Of a stretch of DNA of 33,841 bases, positions 26,195 to 33,841 are shown piece after piece (within the stretch, counting starts at the first letter, position 1; each line of letters begins with the position of its first letter). The notes under the pieces were generated by a model. The model ran no database searches and was not told the DNA's origin. It saw only the letters and a list, made by a program, of their open reading frames with translations. The stretch comes from Fibrobacteria bacterium. Lineage in GTDB: Bacteria; Fibrobacterota; Fibrobacteria; UBA11236. Made by a program: the position numbers and the translations under genes. The stretch lies in assembly GCA_043732185.1 (NCBI GenBank), contig JAYTHY010000060.1:1-33841 (forward strand). Reading direction: 5' to 3'.

Positions 26195-26932
26195 AATTCA
26201 CAATTTTCACACTCAAACCTAAAATAATACTCCCTTATTTCAACCTATTTTGAGATTCTTAAACGGTTTACTGACTCATTTTTAACCCTACTATAAGGTT
26301 TTCAACAAAATAACTTTTCATTGTGGATATCTTTTATGTGGGGTTTTCAATAAATATTCACAGTCGATTGTTTAAAAGTGGGTTGCTATGCGTTCTTTTT
26401 TGAATTCATGGTTAATAGTTATGTAAAATTATTTTTTAACATCTATTAGCTAATCTTATCAAGGTTCATATTGGGATAATCCCTATTTACTCCTTTTTCC
26501 ACGGTTATTATAACCCCTTATTATATCGATACTTAGGTTTCTTTTTTTGGGTTTTTAACCATTGCTAACGTGTCTATTTCCTATTCCTATTTTTATATAA
26601 ATAAAGAATTAAGAAGAGAAAAGAAGAAAAGCATTTAGTTCTGGACTTTTGACTTCCCGTAGACGGACATTCCTTCGGATTTGAATTCTCAAGCAAGGGA
26701 GAGCGGGTATCGCTTCAAAAAAATCATTCCATTACACCTCGCCCGCTAAAACCTGAGAAACCTCTCCTTGGGGTCTCTCTGACACTAAATCATACTGGGG
26801 AATACTAAAATCAATTCCTTTTCTCTATTCACAAATATTAAAGCAAGGAGTGTTAGACATGACTTTTTTCATGATCTTCCCACGCTGAATACCACGACCA
26901 CAGGGAAAAGATTTGGAATAGTTTATAAAAAT
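26195..26932. other. Long AT-rich intergenic region with degenerate DnaA-box-like 9-mers (possible replication origin or regulatory region)
   Basis: No ORF of 60 aa or more. One-mismatch TTWTNCACA matches at 26203, 26299, 26322(-), 26354, 26369(-), 26433, 26495 and 26825. A/AAG-rich tract at 26595-26631. Confidence 0.35.
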
Positions 26933-27904
26933 CTAGGCTCGTTTTAAGAGCAAGTCGAGAAGACTATCTGTTGTCATATTTTCTGCTTCTGCCTGAAAGT
27001 TCAGCAGAATGCGATGGTTCAAAGCCGACTTGAAAATATGGCGAAGGTCCTCTTCTATCGGTGTGGGTCGACCCTTTAAAAGCGCCCGCGCTTTAGCTGC
27101 CAGGATAAAAAATTGAATAGCTCGGGGTCCGGCGCCCCATTTCACATATTTGGAAACTTCTTTGATTGGATTATCCGATGAAGGCCTGGTGGAGCGCACC
27201 AGTTTGACCGCCATTTCAAAAATATGATCCGAAACAGTCATGGACATGACACTGTTTTGAAGTTCTAATATTTGGCTTTGATTCAAAACGGGAATAATTT
27301 TTTCCGTTATCGTGGTGGTATGTTTTTTGACAATAGCCAATTCCTGGGCAAAAGTAGGATAGTCTAATTGTAGAGCAAACAAAAAGCGATCCAGCTGCGC
27401 CTCGGGAAGGGGATAGGTGCCTTCTTGTTCAATAGGATTTTGCGTGGCTAAAACCATAAAGGGTTCGGCGAGTTTTTCGGTACGACCAAAAACGGTAACT
27501 ATTTTTTCCTGCATGGCCTGTAATAGGGCTGCTTGCGTTTTGGGCGGGGTACGATTGATTTCATCGGCCAAAAGCATTTGAGTGAAAATTGGACCGTGGA
27601 TAAAAGACAGTTCGCGGGAACCGGTGCTTTTATTTTCCTGCAAGATTTCGGTGCCTAGAATATCCGAGGGCATTAAATCTGGCGTGAATTGAATGCGATT
27701 GAATTTTAGATTCAAAGCCTGCGCGAAACTGTTGACCATCGTGGTCTTAGCCATGCCCGGCACTCCGATAAGCAGCACATGGCCACGGCAGAGCAAGGCG
27801 ATGAGGATTTTTTCCAGGACTTCTTCCTGGCCAACGATGACTTTGCCGACTTCTTTTTGGAAGGTTTGAAGAATGCCGGGAATTTCCGCAAGGGCTATCG
27901 GCAT
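26933..27904 (-). CDS. moxR: MoxR family AAA+ ATPase
   Basis: IVGQ, GHVLLIGVPGMAKT, RIQFTPDLMPSDI, LADEINRTPPKTQAALL, ATQNPIEQEGTYPLPEAQLDRF and GAGPR. Confidence 0.95.
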   Translation of the reverse strand: MPIALAEIPGILQTFQKEVGKVIVGQEEVLEKILIALLCRGHVLLIGVPGMAKTTMVNSFAQALNLKFNRIQFTPDLMPSDILGTEILQENKSTGSRELSFIHGPIFTQMLLADEINRTPPKTQAALLQAMQEKIVTVFGRTEKLAEPFMVLATQNPIEQEGTYPLPEAQLDRFLFALQLDYPTFAQELAIVKKHTTTITEKIIPVLNQSQILELQNSVMSMTVSDHIFEMAVKLVRSTRPSSDNPIKEVSKYVKWGAGPRAIQFFILAAKARALLKGRPTPIEEDLRHIFKSALNHRILLNFQAEAENMTTDSLLDLLLKRA

Positions 27905-27919
27905 TTTAGCATCCCGTCT

Positions 27920-28321
27920 TCAATTTTTGGATTTATCAGCAACTCTTCGACGCGCTTCGGCGCGGGCTAGGGCGAGTTTGGCTTGCGCCTTTTCAAGCGC
28001 GGCGCCGGAGGGATTGGCTATCATCTCCAAAGCCTTATGCTTTGCAATCTCAACTCGCTTAAGGTCAATTTCTTCCGGAGTCTCAACGGCTTCTGCCAAG
28101 ACTACGGCTTGGTTATTGTGAAATTCCAGAAAACCGCTGGTCACATTATAATAGGTTTCTTTATGCACGATTCTTACTCGTAACAATCCTGCAACCATAC
28201 TGGATAGGATAGGGGCGTGATCCTTCAGAATTTCAAAAGGCCCGGCAGCCCCAGGAACGAGAAGTGCGTCTACCTCTCCTTCGAAAACAGCTTTGTCCGG
28301 GGTTAAGATCTGAAGTTTCAT
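27920..28321 (-). CDS. atpC: F1Fo ATP synthase epsilon subunit
   Basis: LQILTPD, PG..G.FEIL.DHAP, GFLE, LAEAVE..EEID. Follows atpD. Confidence 0.97.
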   Translation of the reverse strand: MKLQILTPDKAVFEGEVDALLVPGAAGPFEILKDHAPILSSMVAGLLRVRIVHKETYYNVTSGFLEFHNNQAVVLAEAVETPEEIDLKRVEIAKHKALEMIANPSGAALEKAQAKLALARAEARRRVADKSKN

Positions 28322-28334
28322 ACTTGTATTTACC

Positions 28335-29801
<1,467 letters not shown>

Positions 29802-30677
29802 TTAGGCGTTCAAGGCCTCAGCTCCGGAAACGATTTCAATCAATTCCTTGGTGATGGCGGCCTGACGGGCACGATTCATCTTCAAGGTTAAGGAGCCAAT
29901 CAGCTCCTTGGTATTTTTAGTGGCCGCATCCATGGCGGTCATACGCGCGGTATGTTCACCCACGGCATTTTCCAATAAGCTTCTAAACACTTGGATGGTA
30001 ACCAGCTGTGGCAAAAGTTCATTGAACACTTCGGTTGGATTGGGTTCAACGATATAATCCAAACGGAAGCTCTTATCCTTTTTATTCTTGGCCAAGTCAG
30101 CGGCCGAAGGTTTTAGGAAAGGCAGAATCTGTACCGATATGGGAACTTGGCTCAAAGCCGATTTATACTGATTGTAAACCAGATAAACCTGATCCACTTC
30201 ACCGGAAATAAAATCCTGGATGGCGCTTTGGGCAATTGCACCGGCGCTGGCAAAGCTCGGCAGGTTTGCCAAAGCATCCGTGCCCTTGGCCACGGCATAT
30301 TTATTCTTAACGACATAGTCCTTGGCGCGGCGGCCCAGGCCTACCGCATCCATAGCCTTGCTGGCATCGATAGTCCGCACAAAATGTTTGAGCAAATTAT
30401 TATTGAAGGCGCCGCAAAGACCGCGATCGGATGCCAAGACATAATAGCGAATCTTTTTCGTTTCCCGCACTTTCATCAAGGGATGATCGAGATCCGGAAA
30501 CGAGGCCGTGACCTGCTCCAGCAATTCCTGCATCTTTTGATAATAGGGCCGAGTACGATTAAAAGCTTCCTGGGCTCGGCGTAAACGCGCGGCCGATACC
30601 ATTTTCATGGCTGAAGTGATTTTGCTCGTATTCTGAAGACTCTTAATCCTCAGCCGGAGTTCTTTGATGGTGGGCAT
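29802..30677 (-). CDS. atpG: F1Fo ATP synthase gamma subunit
   Basis: KITSAMKMVSAA, SDRGLCGAFN, EHTARMTAM and RQAAITKELIEIVSGA. Confidence 0.99.
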   Translation of the reverse strand: MPTIKELRLRIKSLQNTSKITSAMKMVSAARLRRAQEAFNRTRPYYQKMQELLEQVTASFPDLDHPLMKVRETKKIRYYVLASDRGLCGAFNNNLLKHFVRTIDASKAMDAVGLGRRAKDYVVKNKYAVAKGTDALANLPSFASAGAIAQSAIQDFISGEVDQVYLVYNQYKSALSQVPISVQILPFLKPSAADLAKNKKDKSFRLDYIVEPNPTEVFNELLPQLVTIQVFRSLLENAVGEHTARMTAMDAATKNTKELIGSLTLKMNRARQAAITKELIEIVSGAEALNA

Positions 30678-30720
30678 GGTTTAGTTTTGGCTTTTCCCTT
30701 GCGAGAATTAGGCAACTCGC

Positions 30721-32241
30721 TTATGCGAATTGCTTGCCGAACTCCTCCAAAGCCTTTTTCACTTCAGCGGTCAAATCATCATCGAGCTTCTTTTTGACTT
30801 CGATGGTGTCGAGCAGCTTAGGATACTTGGCGTCAATGAACAGGAACAATTGTTCTTCGTAAGCGGCAATTTTGGCTACCGGAACTTCGTCGGCATAGCC
30901 GTTCATGCCGGCATAGACGATCATGATAGTCTTGCCGATGCGGAACGGCACGTACTGGCCTTGACGCAGGATACGCATCATGCGTTCGCCGCGGGCGAGC
31001 TGACGCTGCGTGGCCTTGTCGAGATCGGAAGCGAACTGAGCAAAGGCGGCAAGGTTACGGTACTGGGCCAAGGTGATACGTAGCGGGCCGGTTACTTGCT
31101 TGGTGGCCTTGATTTGGGCATCGCCGCCTACGCGGGACACGGACAAGCCTACGTCCACGGCGGGACGCTGACCGGCATTGAACTGGTTGGTATCCAAAAA
31201 GATTTGACCGTCCGTGATAGAAATCACATTGGTAGGGATATAAGCGGAAACGTCGCCGGCCTGAGTTTCGATAATGGGGAGCGCAGTCAGCGAACCGCCG
31301 CCTTCTTTATCCGACATTTTAGCGGCGCGTTCAAGCAGACGAGAGTGTAGATAGAAAACGTCGCCGGGAAACGCTTCGCGTCCTGGTGGGCGGCGGAGCA
31401 AGAGAGACAACTGACGATAGGCTTGAGCCTGTTTGGTTAAGTCATCATAAATCACCAAGGCATGCTGTCCGTTGTACATGAAGTACTCGCCCATGGTGGC
31501 ACCGCAATAAGGAGCCAAGTACTGGAGAGGGGCTGGGTCAGAGGCATTGGCGGCTACCACGCAGGTATACTCCATGGCACCGGCGGCTTTTAGGCGCTCG
31601 ACGATTTGAACCACCGTGCTTTGCTTCTGTCCGATGGCGACGTAAATGCACTTTACGCCCTTGCCCTTCTGATTCAAAATGGTATCGATGGCGATGGCGG
31701 TTTTACCGGTTTTGCGATCGCCGATGATAAGTTCGCGCTGTCCGCGGCCGATGGGAATCATGGTGTCGATGGCTTTGATGCCCGTTTCCATAGGTTCGCA
31801 TACGTTTTGGCGACGGACGATACCGGGAGCCTTGTCTTCAATCGGACGCATATGCGTTCTATCGAGAGCGGGGCCGCCGTCGATGGGTTCGCCAAGTGCA
31901 TTGATAACACGGCCGAGAATGGTTTCACCTACGGGCACGGATGCGATGGTCTTGGTGCGGCGGGCAGTATCGCCTTCGCTAATCGCAGCGGCATCACCCA
32001 AAATGGCTACGCCCACATTGTCTGTTTCCAAGTTCAGCACCAAGGCCGAAACGGTTTTCTTGATACCGGTAAGCTCGATGAGCTCACCGGCCATGGCATT
32101 GGTCAGGCCAAAGATACGGGCGATGCCGTCTCCGACTTGCAGCACGGTACCGGTTTCAAAAGTATCGGCGGAGGTGTCGATGGATTCCAACTGCTTGCGC
32201 AGGATGGATGTGATTTCGTCGGAACGGACTTCTGCGGCCAT
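30721..32241 (-). CDS. atpA: F1Fo ATP synthase alpha subunit
   Basis: [46 protein letters not shown] and [11 protein letters not shown]. Confidence 0.99.
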   Translation of the reverse strand: MAAEVRSDEITSILRKQLESIDTSADTFETGTVLQVGDGIARIFGLTNAMAGELIELTGIKKTVSALVLNLETDNVGVAILGDAAAISEGDTARRTKTIASVPVGETILGRVINALGEPIDGGPALDRTHMRPIEDKAPGIVRRQNVCEPMETGIKAIDTMIPIGRGQRELIIGDRKTGKTAIAIDTILNQKGKGVKCIYVAIGQKQSTVVQIVERLKAAGAMEYTCVVAANASDPAPLQYLAPYCGATMGEYFMYNGQHALVIYDDLTKQAQAYRQLSLLLRRPPGREAFPGDVFYLHSRLLERAAKMSDKEGGGSLTALPIIETQAGDVSAYIPTNVISITDGQIFLDTNQFNAGQRPAVDVGLSVSRVGGDAQIKATKQVTGPLRITLAQYRNLAAFAQFASDLDKATQRQLARGERMMRILRQGQYVPFRIGKTIMIVYAGMNGYADEVPVAKIAAYEEQLFLFIDAKYPKLLDTIEVKKKLDDDLTAEVKKALEEFGKQFA

Positions 32242-32251
32242 TTTGCGATTC

Positions 32252-32821
32252 CTATGCGGCTAGTTTCTGCCTGAGCAGATCGAGTTTATGCTTGATACTG
32301 GCGTCGGTGACGCTATCCCCTTGCTCGATACGGAAACCGGCAATCAGGGAGGCGTCGACCTTGTTGGTAACGATAAAGGTTTTGCCCGGACGTTTGATTT
32401 CCAGGCTGCGTTTCAATTTGTCCATTTGATCTTGGACGAGGGGTTTGGCGCTGACCACCGTGGCCCTTAAAATATTCTGCTGCAATTCTTCGAGCGTCAA
32501 ATAGGCTTCGGTGATGGCACGGAGCAAGGCAAACCGATTCTTGATTTCGAGCAGCTTTAAAAATTTCCGCACGAGTGGGGACAAACTTCCTGCGGCAGCT
32601 TGAATAACCTTCGCCTTTTCATTGGCTTTGCGAACTGGGTTAGTCAAAAACGGATACAAAGCCGGAAGCGTACGGAAAGCTTCCGAAAGCGCGCGCATAT
32701 CCGCAGATACCAATTCCTGTACCTTGGTTCCTGAACCGGATATTTTGTCCTTGGACCCTTGGCTCCCGGCAGTTTCCAGCAAGGTGCGGGCGTAGATTAT
32801 TGCGGCTTTTTCCTTCTTCAT
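32252..32821 (-). CDS. atpH: F1Fo ATP synthase delta subunit
   Basis: YARTL, FLTNP, FLKLL...NR, V.SAKPL and VDASLIAGF...GD...DAS. Lies between atpF and atpA. Confidence 0.95.
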   Translation of the reverse strand: MKKEKAAIIYARTLLETAGSQGSKDKISGSGTKVQELVSADMRALSEAFRTLPALYPFLTNPVRKANEKAKVIQAAAGSLSPLVRKFLKLLEIKNRFALLRAITEAYLTLEELQQNILRATVVSAKPLVQDQMDKLKRSLEIKRPGKTFIVTNKVDASLIAGFRIEQGDSVTDASIKHKLDLLRQKLAA

Positions 32822-32832
32822 TGTCTATGTTC

Positions 32833-33459
32833 TCATGCCTTCGCGGCCGAGACCTCATTGATCAGTTGGTCGACCAAGGCACGCTGTTTGGCGTCATCTA
32901 AATTGGCCTGAATCAATTTTTCCGCGATGCGTATAGAGAGGTCGGCCGTTGTCTTGCGGAGTTCGGAAATAGCGGCCCGTTTCGAGGCTTCGATTTCCTG
33001 ATTCGCGGAAGCGATGATTCGAGCCTTTTCCTCTTGTGCCGTTTGTTCCAACTTGCGCCGTAAATCTTCGGCGGCTTGTTTGGAGGATTGCATCAGGAGA
33101 TTTGCTTCGGTTCTGGCTTGGGCCAAAATTCGGTTTTGCTCTTCCGTGATGCGCTTGGATTCATCTTGGATTTTCGCGGCCTGATCCAGGCTGTCCTTGA
33201 TGGTTTTCTCGCGCTCATCAATAGAAGCGAGAATCGGCTTCCAGGCCATCTTGCGCAAAATAAGCAGCAAGGCGATGAAAACGAGCATGGTCCAAATCCA
33301 CACACCGGGATCGAAACGCAGGAAAGGCGGCAAGCCTCCGGCATCCCCATGCTCGACAGCGCCTGCATGTCCTACTTCGGTATGCGTTTCAGTTGCAGCG
33401 GGCGCTTCTTGTGCCACGACGGTTTCGGCCAACTGTGCTCCGTTTGATTCGGCGCTCAT
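32833..33459 (-). CDS. atpF: F1Fo ATP synthase b subunit
   Basis: DPGVWIWT..VF..LL.IL.K.AWKPI...IDERE followed by a coiled coil. Has an acidic/His-containing N-terminal extension. Confidence 0.96.
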   Translation of the reverse strand: MSAESNGAQLAETVVAQEAPAATETHTEVGHAGAVEHGDAGGLPPFLRFDPGVWIWTMLVFIALLLILRKMAWKPILASIDEREKTIKDSLDQAAKIQDESKRITEEQNRILAQARTEANLLMQSSKQAAEDLRRKLEQTAQEEKARIIASANQEIEASKRAAISELRKTTADLSIRIAEKLIQANLDDAKQRALVDQLINEVSAAKA

Positions 33460-33518
33460 TGTCTTTTCCTCTCCCAGGGAGTCGCTTCGACTCCCCTCTT
33501 TCTATTAGCCTTAGGTGA

Positions 33519-33758
33519 TTACTTAAAGGCTACGATAATACAGATAACCTGCGCGAACAAAGCCACACCTTCCACCAAAGCGGCGGCGATAAGCATGGTG
33601 GTGCGAAGGACGCCAACCGCTTCAGGCTGACGGGCGATGCCTTCCAAGGCGGAGCCGGCCAATTTGCCGATGCCGATGCCGGCGCCAATGGCTGCCAAGC
33701 CTGCGCCGATTCCGGCGGAAAGATATCCCATTCCTGCATTGCCTAATTCCATAGCCAT
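33519..33758 (-). CDS. atpE: F1Fo ATP synthase c subunit
   Basis: GAGIGIG, ARQPE loop and LVEGVALF with the ion-binding Glu. AAGGAG RBS. Confidence 0.98.
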   Translation of the reverse strand: MAMELGNAGMGYLSAGIGAGLAAIGAGIGIGKLAGSALEGIARQPEAVGVLRTTMLIAAALVEGVALFAQVICIIVAFK

Positions 33759-33785
33759 TTTTCGCTCCTTATGAAAAAATTAAAG

Positions 33786-33841
33786 TTAATGATCCTGGTG
33801 GATGGCCATTCCCACGAATAGGGCCGAAAGTAAAGTGAAAA
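33786..33841 (-). CDS. atpB: F1Fo ATP synthase a subunit, C-terminal end (5' partial)
   Basis: Minus strand reads FTLLSALFVGMAIHQDH*, a typical a-subunit C-terminus, immediately upstream of atpE. Not in the ORF track. Confidence 0.88.
   Translation of the reverse strand, partial: FTLLSALFVGMAIHQDH

Noticed and set aside
26402..26429. dif-like site (TTATGTAAAAT resembles a XerD arm)
   Set aside because: No XerC-like arm ending in ATAA at 6-bp spacing.
26660..26780. Glycine riboswitch (GGAGAG, CTCAGG and CCGAAG words on the minus strand)
   Set aside because: The elements occur in the wrong order and no suitable downstream gene is close.
26845..26888. AAGGAG followed by a 9-codon ORF (MTFFMIFPR)
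   Set aside because: Too short to support, and there is no downstream plus-strand gene for a leader-peptide role.

Overview
This is a bacterial chromosomal window, most consistent with the phylum Fibrobacterota (FCB group). That assignment is inferred from a TIGR02147-family gene, T9SS-like C-terminal tails and a Bacteroidetes-like c-subunit. The left end holds the 3' end of an IS3-family element abutting a decayed IS66 transposase fragment. Bases 0.85-11.7 kb form an accessory locus of secreted and signalling genes. It encodes a LamG protein and an astacin-tectonin lipoprotein protease, the latter preceded by a clean sigma-54 -24/-12 promoter and an upstream palindrome. It also has a divergent, translationally coupled operon (PEGA Ser/Thr kinase, small exported protein, 9x Ig-repeat/DNRLRE-like lipoprotein) and a convergent FHA-GAF-sigma54 enhancer-binding protein. 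Together these look like a self-contained trans-envelope signalling module, the best candidate for an undescribed system here. The middle carries GT4, GNAT, TIGR02147 plus a lipoprotein, a PQQ sugar dehydrogenase-family protein, a lipoprotein/beta-barrel fusion, NamZ plus a MurU-like nucleotidyltransferase, ssb, GT2 plus a YfhO-like GT-C, and a DUF4399 lipoprotein. A ~740 bp AT-rich gap with degenerate DnaA-box-like 9-mers follows. The right end is the F1Fo ATP synthase operon on the minus strand (atpB partial, E, F, H, A, G, D, C) with a MoxR AAA+ gene appended. All calls come from reading motifs by eye; no database searches were run.
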